A stretch of 64,000 nucleotides of DNA from Longimicrobiales bacterium (GTDB lineage: Bacteria; Gemmatimonadota; Gemmatimonadetes; Longimicrobiales; Gaopeijiaceae), in NCBI GenBank assembly GCA_965202805.1, contig OZ241869.1:1184001-1248000 (forward strand), in the 5' to 3' direction. Within the stretch, counting starts at the first letter, position 1. Each line of letters begins with the position of its first letter. The notes beneath the pieces are model-generated. The model ran no database searches. It saw only the letters and a program-made list of their open reading frames with translations, and had not been told where the DNA came from. Position numbers and translations under genes: made by a program. Shown here one piece after another: positions 42,524 through 53,576 of the stretch.

Positions 42524-44123
42524 CCCCTCCCGCCCCGCCGGCCTGACTCCGGTGTTCGGCGCCGTGCTCGCGCTGTCTGCGGCGGGCGCGGCCCAGCCCG
42601 CCGGCGCGCAGGAGCGGCAGGTGGTATCGAACCGCGTGACCGTGTCCGACGCGGATGCCACCCTGTCGCTCGAATTCGATTCCGGCCCGGCCCTTGAGAT
42701 CTCCTTTCAGAACGGCGAAGTCCGGGTGGACGGTGAAGAAGTCGGGAGCTACCAGGCCAGCGGGGAGCTCGCGGCCTCGTGGCGGTCCCTGCTCTCCGAA
42801 GTCGTTCCGCTGGACGACGGGCCCCTCGCTGAAGCCCTGCTTGCGTGGGAGCCCGGCGCGCAGTTGACCGGTGACGCGCGGGCCGTCGCCGAGCGTGTCG
42901 ACCGAGCGCTTCAGGAGGCGCTCGCCGCCCCATTGCCGGGCGGCAGCGTGATGCCTCAGGTTTCCGGAAGCGCCGAGATGGGAGGCATGGCTCCAGCCCT
43001 GGTTCCCCCTCTGCTGCGCCTTCTCCTGCAGCGGGGGCGGGTGCTGGAAGAGGCGCTCGAGGACGTGGATCTGTCGGAGCTTTCGCTTCATCTGGGCGAG
43101 GACGTGACCGTTGACGAAGGCAGCGAAATCGACGGAGCCCTGCTCGTGGTGGAGGGCGACGCCACCATATCCGGGGAGGTCCCCGGCGACGTGGTCGTGG
43201 TCGCGGGGACGTTGCGCATCGAAGATGACGCGGTCATCCGGGGAGAGGTGCGTGTGATCGACGGGCGGCTCGAGCGCGATGGGGGAATGGTGGAGGGCAC
43301 CCTCCTCACCGTGGACGCCGACGACATCGCCGGAACAGGGAGAATGACGGACGAGGCGGCCTCGGGGAACGAGGAGCGCGACGCGCCCTCGCGTCAGGCC
43401 GAAGTCCGCGCCCGGCCTTTCCGGCATGTCACATCCGGCCTGAGCGGCCTCTTCGGGGACGTATTCTGGCTCGCCGTCATCCTGGCCGTGGGGACTGCGG
43501 TCGTCCACTTCGCCGGAGACCGGCTGCAGAACGTGGCCGACGTGGTGAGAGCTGCTCCGGGACGGGCCGCGCTGGTCGGGATGGCAGGCGGCTTCCTCCT
43601 GCTGCCGGTGTGGGTGCTGGGAGGCCTCGCTCTCCTGGTGTCCATCATCGGCATTCCCCTGATGATCGCCTGGTTGCCCCTCTTCCCCCTGGCCGCACTC
43701 CTGGCCCTCGGACTGGGGTACCTGGCCGTGGCGAGCGTGGTCGGGGAGTGGCTGGCGCGCAAGGGCATCCCGGCTCTGGACCGCTTCCGGCCCTCGAACC
43801 GGTTGCACGTGCTGGCCGTCGGCTTGACGGCGCTCGTTCTCCCCTCCGCCTTCTCGCACGTAACGCAGATGGGCGGGCCGACGCTCGGCTCCTTCCTGAG
43901 CGGGCTGTTCACCCTCGGCGCGGTCGCCATCGCGACGGTCGCGCTTGTGCTCGGTTTCGGCGGCGTGCTGCTCACGGGGGCGGGTCGCACCTCGGACCCG
44001 CGGAGGATGGCGGCCACGTATGGCGGGGGGATCCGGGCGACACGGGCGTGGACCCGGAGGCGTTCCCGACGAGGGTCGCGCAAGGATCCGGAACCCCCTG
44101 GCGACGGCGACACCCGTGAATAG
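42510..44123 (+). CDS. Membrane protein with bactofilin/polymer-forming-like beta-helix repeats and a multi-TM C-terminus
   Basis: Signal peptide; IDGALLVVEGDATISGEVPGDVVVVAG..IRGEVRVIDG repeats; several TM helices. Confidence 0.7.
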   Translation: MFTADPSRPAGLTPVFGAVLALSAAGAAQPAGAQERQVVSNRVTVSDADATLSLEFDSGPALEISFQNGEVRVDGEEVGSYQASGELAASWRSLLSEVVPLDDGPLAEALLAWEPGAQLTGDARAVAERVDRALQEALAAPLPGGSVMPQVSGSAEMGGMAPALVPPLLRLLLQRGRVLEEALEDVDLSELSLHLGEDVTVDEGSEIDGALLVVEGDATISGEVPGDVVVVAGTLRIEDDAVIRGEVRVIDGRLERDGGMVEGTLLTVDADDIAGTGRMTDEAASGNEERDAPSRQAEVRARPFRHVTSGLSGLFGDVFWLAVILAVGTAVVHFAGDRLQNVADVVRAAPGRAALVGMAGGFLLLPVWVLGGLALLVSIIGIPLMIAWLPLFPLAALLALGLGYLAVASVVGEWLARKGIPALDRFRPSNRLHVLAVGLTALVLPSAFSHVTQMGGPTLGSFLSGLFTLGAVAIATVALVLGFGGVLLTGAGRTSDPRRMAATYGGGIRATRAWTRRRSRRGSRKDPEPPGDGDTRE

Positions 44124-44982
44124 CGCCAGCCCGTGGACGAATCCGCGCGCGGGACTGCTCTGCGCGGCGGTCGGAGGGCTGGCGTGCACCGCGACCGGGC
44201 TGACCGCCCAGGACTTGAGCACCGTGACCGCATCGCGCCAGCTGGGAGGCGAGCGCGAGGTTCGCGTCCACGTGCACTACGGGGCGGGCGTTCTGCACGT
44301 TCGACCGGGAGAGCCGGGCACCCTGTACCGGATGGAGCTTCGATACGATCCGGATGTCATGGAGCCGCAGACCCATTACGAGGAAGGACTGCTCGAGATC
44401 GGCATGGATCGGGTCGGCAGGGGCATCCGCATGGGCTCACGCGACGGATCGGGACGACTGGACCTGGAGCTGTCCCCGGAGGTGCCTCTGCTGCTGGACC
44501 TGGAGTTCGGGGCGGCGCGGGCGGAGCTGGACCTGGGAGGGCTCGCGGTTCGGGAGCTGCATGTCGAGACGGGGGCATCCGATACGCGCCTCGAGGTGTC
44601 GGCGGCCAACCCCGTGCAGATGGACCTCGCCTCCTTCGAGGCGGGCGCGGCACACCTGGTCGCCAGCGGGCTCGGCAACCTCAACGCCGAACGCATCCGG
44701 CTGGAGGCGAAGGCAGGCAAGGCAACCCTCGATTTCGGCGGGGAATGGCAGCGCGACGCCGAGGTGGACCTCGACCTCGACCTGGGCGCGGTGGAGCTTC
44801 GCTTTCCGCGGGGGCTCGGCGTGCACCTGGTGGTGGATGCCCTGCTGACATCCGTGGACGCCCAGGAAATGTTCAGGCGCGGCGACAGCTACTTCTCCGC
44901 GGACTGGGATGGCGCCGAAACGCGGATCACCGTGGAGATCGACGCGCACGTCGGTTCGATCGACGTGGCATGGACCCCGTGA
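44116..44982 (+). CDS. Exported DUF2154/toast-rack-like beta-solenoid protein
   Basis: Repeating LxLxxGAxxxxLDL strands, LDFGGEW, signal-like N-terminus; GTG 44116. Confidence 0.65.
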   Translation: MNSASPWTNPRAGLLCAAVGGLACTATGLTAQDLSTVTASRQLGGEREVRVHVHYGAGVLHVRPGEPGTLYRMELRYDPDVMEPQTHYEEGLLEIGMDRVGRGIRMGSRDGSGRLDLELSPEVPLLLDLEFGAARAELDLGGLAVRELHVETGASDTRLEVSAANPVQMDLASFEAGAAHLVASGLGNLNAERIRLEAKAGKATLDFGGEWQRDAEVDLDLDLGAVELRFPRGLGVHLVVDALLTSVDAQEMFRRGDSYFSADWDGAETRITVEIDAHVGSIDVAWTP

Positions 44983-45031
44983 TGCACTTCACGACCAGGA
45001 TAGGGGCGATAGTCCCGGGGAGAAGTTCGAC

Positions 45032-45262
45032 ATGATCAGCACCCTGGTTACGCTGTTTGCGATTGGTCTGGTTACGCTGCTGGTCGTAGGCGTCCTGCTC
45101 GCGGTAGCGGGCACGGTGTTTTCCATCGGCTTCGGCCTGGCCAGCTTCCTGCTGTTCAAGGTCGCCCCGATCGCACTCCTCGGGTATGTCGTGCTCAGGC
45201 TGATCGCGCCCCGCAAGCGCAAGGAACTGAGCGAGGCCGACCGCAAGTGGCTGGAAGGGTAG
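45032..45262 (+). CDS. Small two-TM membrane protein
   Basis: 76 aa hydrophobic ORF with charged tail, SD GGGGAG, last gene of the ECF operon. Confidence 0.7.
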   Translation: MISTLVTLFAIGLVTLLVVGVLLAVAGTVFSIGFGLASFLLFKVAPIALLGYVVLRLIAPRKRKELSEADRKWLEG

Positions 45263-45351
45263 CCGGGCAACCTTCCGCAGGGTTGGACCGGCACGGCCGA
45301 GGCGGCCGGAAAGACGGCGGCTGCCGCCGTGGGGTTCGCGGGCGCGGTCGT

Positions 45352-45573
45352 TCAGCCGGATGGTGCTCGCGGTCGCCAGGCGATGGCCTGCTCGACCTCG
45401 GCCAGCAGATCAGGGTCGGCGAACTCTCCCACCGGAGAAGTACCCACCTGCTCGAGGTCGACGCCGCCTGCGAGAAGCGGCGCGAGCGACTCGGGATAGT
45501 CTCGCACCATCACGTGGGCGGGCATCCGCCGGATTCGGTCCCGGCCGACGCGCGGTAGCGGAGACCACCTCAA
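45352..45573 (-). CDS. Small hypothetical protein (weakly DUF1858-like)
   Basis: TTG start overlaps mrp stop; MVRDYPES..L...G. Confidence 0.5.
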   Translation of the reverse strand: MRWSPLPRVGRDRIRRMPAHVMVRDYPESLAPLLAGGVDLEQVGTSPVGEFADPDLLAEVEQAIAWRPRAPSG

Positions 45574-46727
45574 CCGGGCCCCTCGCGCAACGCCGCCATC
45601 ACCCCGTCGCAGATGCGGTTCAACGCCTGCGCGACCGCTGAATCCGGCCGGCCCACCACCGTGGGCAGCCCGTCGTCGCCGGAGCGCCTGACCGCGGGGT
45701 CCAGGGGGACGGCACCCAGGAAGGGGACCTTCTGCTCCCTGGCCAACACTTCGCCTCCCCCCGTGCCGAACACGTCCACCGCTTCGCCGCAGTGCGGGCA
45801 GGCCATCCCGCTCATGTTCTCGATGACGCCGATGATCCGCGTGTTGACGCGCTCGAACATCTTGATGCCGCGTCGGACGTCGGTGGTGGCCACCGCCTGC
45901 GGGGTCGTAACCATGATGGCCCCGTCGAGGTTGACGCTCTGCACAAGCGACAGCTGCGCATCGCCGGTCCCGGGAGGCATGTCGACCAGCATGACATCCA
46001 GGGTGCCCCAGCGCACCTGCTCCAGGAACTGCTTCAGGACGCCCGCGATCAGGGGGCCGCGCATGATCGCCGGCTGCTCGTCGGCAAGCAGAAAGCCCAG
46101 GCTCATGAGCTTGACGCCGTGGGCATGGAGCGGCTCGATCATCTCCTTGCCCTTGCCCCCGGACACGCTCGGCCGGCGACGCTCGCCGAACATGACCGGA
46201 ATGTCGGGGCCGTAGATGTCCGCGTCCAGAAGTCCGACCCGCAGGCGGCGGCGAGCGAGCGCGGCGGCGAGGTTGGTGGTGACCATCGATTTGCCCACGC
46301 CGCCCTTGCCGGAACTCACGGCCACCACGTAGCGGGTCTCGGCGAGGATGCCGGGCCGTGGGGTGGGAGCGGGCACCGAGCCGGGGACGAGGCGGGAGGG
46401 CCGCGACGGCGCGGGAGCCGGCGCCGGCGAGCCCGCAGTCGCGGGGCCACCGGCGGGCGCGGCCTGGCGGGAGGGGGCGCTTCTGGGGAGCTGGACGTTG
46501 ACGCGCACCCCGGAGACGCCGCGCACGCCTCCGGCGGCGGTACGGGCGGACTTCACAAGCGAACCGGGATCGTCGGTCCTGAGATGGAAGGCGAAGCGTA
46601 CCAGCCCTTCCTCATCGATCTCGAGCTGCTGAACGTGTCCGCTGGAGACGATGTCGCGACCGCTGGCCGGGTGTCGCACCCCGGACAGGGCATTCGTTAC
46701 CGCATCAATGAGAGTTTGGTGGGACAT
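45570..46727 (-). CDS. mrp: Mrp/ApbC (NBP35 family) Fe-S cluster carrier ATPase
   Basis: SGKGGVGKS, DADIYGP, DMPPGTGD, ENMS..CPHC. Confidence 0.95.
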   Translation of the reverse strand: MSHQTLIDAVTNALSGVRHPASGRDIVSSGHVQQLEIDEEGLVRFAFHLRTDDPGSLVKSARTAAGGVRGVSGVRVNVQLPRSAPSRQAAPAGGPATAGSPAPAPAPSRPSRLVPGSVPAPTPRPGILAETRYVVAVSSGKGGVGKSMVTTNLAAALARRRLRVGLLDADIYGPDIPVMFGERRRPSVSGGKGKEMIEPLHAHGVKLMSLGFLLADEQPAIMRGPLIAGVLKQFLEQVRWGTLDVMLVDMPPGTGDAQLSLVQSVNLDGAIMVTTPQAVATTDVRRGIKMFERVNTRIIGVIENMSGMACPHCGEAVDVFGTGGGEVLAREQKVPFLGAVPLDPAVRRSGDDGLPTVVGRPDSAVAQALNRICDGVMAALREGPG

Positions 46728-46775
46728 GCCCCGCCCAGGCCGAGGTTCAGGTGGGATGTTGAAGTGCCCGTGGAA

Positions 46776-47006
46776 TCAGACGGCGGCTACCCTGGTAACC
46801 CCCGGAATCCGGTCCTTCAGGCGCCGCTCGATGCCCTCTCTGAGGGTGAGCATGGAGATCGGGCAGCACTCGCACGCACCCATCAGGCGCACCATGACAA
46901 CACCTTCCGCCTCGTCGTAGTCGATCAACTCGACATCGCCCCCGTCCTGGTGGATCGCGGGTCTCACGGTGTCGAGGACCTCCTCGATCTTCTCCGTCGC
47001 CAGCAT
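46776..47006 (-). CDS. nfuA: NifU/NfuA C-terminal domain Fe-S carrier
   Basis: VRPAIHQDGGDVEL, GACECCP, TLREGIE. Confidence 0.88.
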   Translation of the reverse strand: MLATEKIEEVLDTVRPAIHQDGGDVELIDYDEAEGVVMVRLMGACECCPISMLTLREGIERRLKDRIPGVTRVAAV

Positions 47007-47078
47007 CACTCGTCGCTCTCCTCGCTCATCCGATCGCGCTCCCGACCCTGAGCGCACACGGACTCCGGAATCGCCCGA

Positions 47079-47108
47079 AGTTTAGGCAGCGCGCGATGGC
47101 GTGGTCAA
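47079..47108 (-). promoter_or_regulatory. Sigma70-type promoter for nfuA-mrp
   Basis: Minus strand TTGACC-N18-TAAACT. Confidence 0.6.
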
Positions 47109-48040
47109 CCTTGCTTCGGGTCGGGTAGCGGCCGCGACCGCTGATGGAGCACCCACAGGATGGCGGCGGGAATCACCTCCGCGGCGGTCATCCAGAGCCG
47201 TGCGGCGATGGCGAGCACGGTGGCCGGGGCGCTCCCCAGCGCAGGCGCGAGAAAGGCGATCAGGAACCCTTCGCGAACGCCGACGCCCGCCGGGGCGAAG
47301 AGCATCAGGTAGCCCGCCACGTAGGCCGCCGCAAAGGCGGAGCCCGCGTGGACGGGCGACAGCGCCATACCCAGGCTCGCGGCGAAGATCCAGAAGGATG
47401 CGCCCATGGCCATCCAGGCCCCCGCAACCTGCAGCAGCCAGCGCAACACCAGTGCGGCGGTCAGATTTGCGGGCGGGCTCGTCCGGACCAGGCGGAACCA
47501 CAGGGCAACCGCGGCGCGGAACAGGGAAGGAACGGCAAGCACGAGCAAGAGCAGGCCGGCCGCCACCCCGGCGGCGGCAAGTCCCCAGCGCGGGAGCGGC
47601 GCGGGTCCGCCTGCGAACGCGCCCAACCCGATTGCGCCGGCCGCCAGCAGCCCCACGCCCTGCAGGACCACGGCAGAGGTGGCCGAGACGGCCACGGGAA
47701 CCCCATGCCCCTTCGCGAGCGCGGCCATCCCGGCGATCGACCAGATCTTGCCCGGCACATACCGGCCCATATTGGCGATCATGAAGATGCTCACCGCGTC
47801 GCCCGGGGACATGCGCGGTCCACCCAGGCCGGTCACCACCCCACCCCAGATCAGTCCGCTGAGCGCGTAGGCGGCCAGCAGGAGCAGCGTCGCGGCGATG
47901 AGCGGGATCAGCCGCGGCCGGGCGAGCACCTCCTGCCATTCCCTCAGTTCGGCCAGGGTCAGCCCCACCCGATCGAGGATGAACCAAGTGACGATGACCG
48001 TGAGGGCGACGCGCGCCGCCAGGGAAAGCCACTTCTTCAG
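47105..48040 (-). CDS. Flippase-like (LPG synthase TM family) membrane protein
   Basis: NMGRYVPGKIW, APAGVGVREG; only the last ~310 aa of the 1124-aa ORF look real; probable CTG start overlapping the yfhO-like stop. Confidence 0.82.
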   Translation of the reverse strand: MKKWLSLAARVALTVIVTWFILDRVGLTLAELREWQEVLARPRLIPLIAATLLLLAAYALSGLIWGGVVTGLGGPRMSPGDAVSIFMIANMGRYVPGKIWSIAGMAALAKGHGVPVAVSATSAVVLQGVGLLAAGAIGLGAFAGGPAPLPRWGLAAAGVAAGLLLLVLAVPSLFRAAVALWFRLVRTSPPANLTAALVLRWLLQVAGAWMAMGASFWIFAASLGMALSPVHAGSAFAAAYVAGYLMLFAPAGVGVREGFLIAFLAPALGSAPATVLAIAARLWMTAAEVIPAAILWVLHQRSRPLPDPKQG

Positions 48041-50613
48041 GGCTTCGCACTCCCGGTCGCGCGCCGCGCCGACCAGATCCGCAAGGCGTTCGCCGCGAGC
48101 AGGCCCGCCAGGATGACGAAGCCGAGCCAGAAGCTGCGCGCCACCACGTCGGAGCGGTACCACAGCTCGACCTCGGACTCCCCCGCCGGCACGGGAACGG
48201 CGCGCAGGGTGTGGTAGGCGCGCAGCACGGGGGCGTCGCGGCCGTTCACGCGGGCGTGCCACGCGGGATACCAGTTGTCCGCGATGGCGAGCAGCGCCGG
48301 CGCCGAGGAGCGTACGGCGAGCCTCATGCGGTCGGGGCCGCGCTCCACCCAGTCGACCTCTCCGGCAACCGGCGCCCCAGGCAGGTCGACCGGCGGAGGT
48401 TCCGCCAGGACCACCTCCGCCGCCGGGTCGAATCCGGGAGAGAGCATGTACGGCACCGCCTCGTCGTCGGACTTGACGACGGCGCTGCCGACCAGCCGTG
48501 CGCGTGGAAGGCCGGCCTCCACGAAGACCGTCTCGTAGGTGCGGCCATCGGGCAGTTGCGTCCGGCTGAAGACGCTGCCCTGCGGCGAACTCCCCATCTG
48601 CAGATCGGGCCAGAGCAGGTAGCGCACGTTGAGCAGCCTGCGGATGTTCTCGTTGCCGTAGAGGTTCATCGGCTGTCCCGAGCCCACCATGCCGATGAGA
48701 TCGCGGTAACGGGCCAGATCGTTGGGATGGTGCCCCGCGGCGAGCTCGATGCCGTGCAGCGCGGGCATGAGGTCCTGGCCGGCGTTTCGGAAGGACAGCA
48801 TGCGGTAGGGCTCCGGGCTGCCGGCCTCGCGGTCCAGCACCGCCTGGATGTTCGCGTCGGGGGCCGCCCAGCGCTCGAAGTCGAGGGTCTGGATGAACAC
48901 CCGGTCTATGCGGTAGGCGTCGAGCACGACCAGGGCAACGAGCGCGCCCACAACGATCCCGGGCGCCAGATACCGCTTGCGTAGCGCCCACACCAGCGCC
49001 GACAGGGCACCGGCCAGAAAGACGGCGATCCAGGCCCCGGTCCCGATATGGGGCAGCGCGGCCGCCAGCACCTGGCGCCTGGCCTCGGTGATTCCGGGAT
49101 AGAGGACGGAGGTCCACAGCGACGTCAGCGCGCCCGCGGCTGCGAGCAGCGCGATGGCCCCCAGCGTGCCGGTAATGATCAGAACCAGCCGCTGGACCCG
49201 CCGTCCCAGCTCGGGATCCCGGACGCTTGCGAAGAGGCGGTCCGCCCCCAGGGCGGCCAGCGTAGACGCGCCGAAGGCAAGGAGATAGGCCGCCTGCGAC
49301 GGAGCCCGGAAGAGGCTGATCCCGGGCAGCACCTCGTAGGCGATCCGCCAGACGGGCGTGTTGGCGCCGAGCGCGAAGAGCACGGAAACCCCTGCCACTC
49401 CGGCGAAGAACCAGCGCAGCCCGCGGCGGGACCCGCCCACGAGCGAGATCGCGGCCAGCAGGAGCAGCACCAGGCCCGCGTACTCGTGGTTGTGCTTGAA
49501 CGGGTTGCGGCCCCAGTAGGTGTTGTCCGCCCAGCTTCCCGTACCGCCGATGTTGGCCCCGGAGAATTCGGGGATCACGAGGGAGAACGCCTCCTCCGGG
49601 TGCAGGGACCAGGAACCGGACCACTCGAGGGCGGCCTGCTCGTCGAGCGCTTCGGAGGTCGCGGTGCGCCGGGAATCGGCGGTGACGTAGTCGATGGCCG
49701 GCAGGAGCTGGCCGCCGGCGATGAGCGCGCCCGCGATCGACGCCGCGAGAAACAGCCCGAAGCGCGAGACCGCCCGGGAACGCGAGCCGCGCCGCGGGTC
49801 GGCGGCGCTTGCGTCCCGGGCGTCGTCGTCCGCCGGGGACACCGCTTCCGGGCCCGCGCCACGAAGGATCTGAATGCTCCGGAAGATCGCGAACAGCCCG
49901 GTGGCGCCGAACAGGAAGTACGCCATCTGGAAGTGCGGCGTCAGGATCACGAGCGCGATCACCAGGGCCAGCCAGGTGAACGACTTGAGGCCGGGACGCA
50001 GGAAGTGGCGCTCCGTCGCCCAGAACAGGAGCGGGGTCAGCGCGGTGACGAACATCTTGCCGTCGTGACCCGCGAACACGAGCCCGACGAAGACCGGGGC
50101 GAGCATGTAGCCGGTGCCGGCAACCAGCGCCGCCGCCCGGGAGACCCCGAGCGCGCGCACCCACAGGAACATGAAGAAGCCCGCCGCCGCCACGTGGACG
50201 ACGAGCTTCCACCCGAGCGCCCGGTAAGGCTCGACGAGGATGAGCAGCAGGAGCGAGGGCGGGTAGAAGGAATCGCCCCCGCTGAGCGCTTCCACGAAAG
50301 GCGTGCCACCGAGGAACTGCGGTACCCACCCCGGGATGCGGCCCAGCTCCGCCAGGGCGCGGGCGTAGATGGCGCGTCCCGTGTAGCCGGCGGCCAGCGT
50401 GTCGCTCCCGTAGAGCATCGCGTCGCTGAAGATGAACGCGCGGAAGAGGAAGACCGTGAGCCCGAGGAAGAGCGCGCACGGAAGCCAGCCGGGGATGGCG
50501 GGAGCGCCGCCGGAGGCCAGCGCCGCCCGTGACGGGGCGCTCCTGCCCGCGGACGTTTTCTCTGCGCGCGGCTTTCGCGCCCGCTTTCGGCTGCGTCGTC
50601 GCTTCGCGCTCAT
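48037..50613 (-). CDS. YfhO family (GT-C-like) membrane protein
   Basis: W.P..LGGTPF, FYPP, many TM helices, FRAPS, C-terminal YPAWHARVNG...LRAVPVPAGESEVEL.Y. Confidence 0.85.
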   Translation of the reverse strand: MSAKRRRSRKRARKPRAEKTSAGRSAPSRAALASGGAPAIPGWLPCALFLGLTVFLFRAFIFSDAMLYGSDTLAAGYTGRAIYARALAELGRIPGWVPQFLGGTPFVEALSGGDSFYPPSLLLLILVEPYRALGWKLVVHVAAAGFFMFLWVRALGVSRAAALVAGTGYMLAPVFVGLVFAGHDGKMFVTALTPLLFWATERHFLRPGLKSFTWLALVIALVILTPHFQMAYFLFGATGLFAIFRSIQILRGAGPEAVSPADDDARDASAADPRRGSRSRAVSRFGLFLAASIAGALIAGGQLLPAIDYVTADSRRTATSEALDEQAALEWSGSWSLHPEEAFSLVIPEFSGANIGGTGSWADNTYWGRNPFKHNHEYAGLVLLLLAAISLVGGSRRGLRWFFAGVAGVSVLFALGANTPVWRIAYEVLPGISLFRAPSQAAYLLAFGASTLAALGADRLFASVRDPELGRRVQRLVLIITGTLGAIALLAAAGALTSLWTSVLYPGITEARRQVLAAALPHIGTGAWIAVFLAGALSALVWALRKRYLAPGIVVGALVALVVLDAYRIDRVFIQTLDFERWAAPDANIQAVLDREAGSPEPYRMLSFRNAGQDLMPALHGIELAAGHHPNDLARYRDLIGMVGSGQPMNLYGNENIRRLLNVRYLLWPDLQMGSSPQGSVFSRTQLPDGRTYETVFVEAGLPRARLVGSAVVKSDDEAVPYMLSPGFDPAAEVVLAEPPPVDLPGAPVAGEVDWVERGPDRMRLAVRSSAPALLAIADNWYPAWHARVNGRDAPVLRAYHTLRAVPVPAGESEVELWYRSDVVARSFWLGFVILAGLLAANALRIWSARRATGSAKP

Positions 50614-50659
50614 CGCTCCCGCTCCACCGCTCGGCCTCGCTTCAGCCCGCACATGCCGC

Positions 50660-51670
50660 TCAGCCCCGTTCCCGGCGGCGATGCCCGGCGTGATCGCTCT
50701 TCGCGCCGGACAGCTGGCGCTTCAGCGCCTCGACCTCGTGCCGGACGTGGGCGATCTGCTCGCTGATCAGGCCGAATCCCGCGAGCAGGAACCCCAGCGT
50801 CTCGAGCAACACCACCAGCTGGATCAGCAGACGGTACCCGAACGGGGGCACGTAGGGCTCGAACCCCAGCGCCGGGTGCAGGTAGCGCAGATAGAGCGCA
50901 GCCGCCGCGACCAGCCCCCCCAGGACCGCCAGCGCCAGCCCGGAAGCACCGAACAGCAGCAGCGGCTTGCGCGAAAAGAAGACCAGAAAGGCAACCGACG
51001 CCAGGTCCGTGACACCGATCACGACGCGCCACAGGCCCCGGTACTTGGATTCGCCCGCCCTGCGGTCGTAGAGCTTGATGTCGATCTCCGTGACCGTGGC
51101 GCCCCGTCCGTGCGCCAGCACCACGAAGAACCGATGCCAGTCGTGCCTCAGCGTGAGCCCGTCCAGGATTTCCCGGCGAAACCCCTTCATTGCGGAGTTG
51201 AGGTGGGTGACCGGCACGCGGAACAGCAGGCGTGACATGCGGTTGTAAATCTCGGACACCGCCGCCTTGTCGTAGTGCCCGATGCGCCGCCCGGACACGA
51301 TGTCCCATCCCTCGTCGAGCTTCTCCAGAAAGCGCGGAATGTCGCGCGGGGAGTGCTGCAGATCGGCGTCGAAAAGGATGATGCAGGGGCGATCCGTGGC
51401 GTTGACCCCGGTGACCATCGCTTCGGTCTTGCCCCGGTTGCGCCGGTGGCTGACGACGCGGAATCCGTCCCAGTCCGCCGCCTCGCGCCTGGCCACGTCC
51501 GCGGTCCCGTCGGTGGAGCCGTCGTCCACGAGCACGACTTCGCCGTCGAGATGGAACTCGCGGAAGGCCTCCCGCAGTTCGCGCACCAGGTCGGGCACCA
51601 CGGGGGCCTCGTTGTAGGCGGGGATGACGACCGCGAAGTCGCTTCTGTCCTGCCGGATCTCTGGTTTCAG
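50660..51670 (-). CDS. GT2 polyprenol-phosphate glycosyltransferase (ArnC/DPM-like) with two C-terminal TMs
   Basis: VVIPAYNE, VDDGSTDGT, DADLQ, HRF, RRAGESKY; probable CTG start at 51670. Confidence 0.9.
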   Translation of the reverse strand: MKPEIRQDRSDFAVVIPAYNEAPVVPDLVRELREAFREFHLDGEVVLVDDGSTDGTADVARREAADWDGFRVVSHRRNRGKTEAMVTGVNATDRPCIILFDADLQHSPRDIPRFLEKLDEGWDIVSGRRIGHYDKAAVSEIYNRMSRLLFRVPVTHLNSAMKGFRREILDGLTLRHDWHRFFVVLAHGRGATVTEIDIKLYDRRAGESKYRGLWRVVIGVTDLASVAFLVFFSRKPLLLFGASGLALAVLGGLVAAAALYLRYLHPALGFEPYVPPFGYRLLIQLVVLLETLGFLLAGFGLISEQIAHVRHEVEALKRQLSGAKSDHAGHRRRERG

Positions 51671-51927
51671 GTTCTGCCCCGGTCAGAGGATGGTGGTGCC
51701 GCCTTGCGCCGCATGGCCGGCGAGCGCGGTCAAGATGGTCCCGCAGGACACGGTACGCCACTCGCGGCGACCTCGTTCCGCACCGTTGCGGGGCTTCGGA
51801 GGCACGCCGGACACGGGATCCCGGAGCCCGGACGGGAGGCCGGCGAGAGCCACCGGCCCGGCACTTGCGGTGGCATGGCGAATCGCGAGATTTGTCCGAC
51901 AATACCCATCCCGCACCCGAGGCTGTC

Positions 51928-53559
<1,632 letters not shown>

Positions 53560-53576
53560 CGGGGCCGGAGCCGGAC

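Noticed and set aside
47105..50479. 1124-aa ORF as a single giant protein or YfhO-flippase fusion
   Set aside because: The first ~810 aa are an Arg/Pro-rich alternative frame over yfhO; only the last ~310 aa look like a real membrane protein
51683..51916. 77-aa ORF in frame upstream of GT2, suggesting TGA readthrough or selenocysteine
   Set aside because: The sequence is not protein-like, lies in the divergent promoter region, and no SECIS-like evidence was seen; a CTG start is simpler
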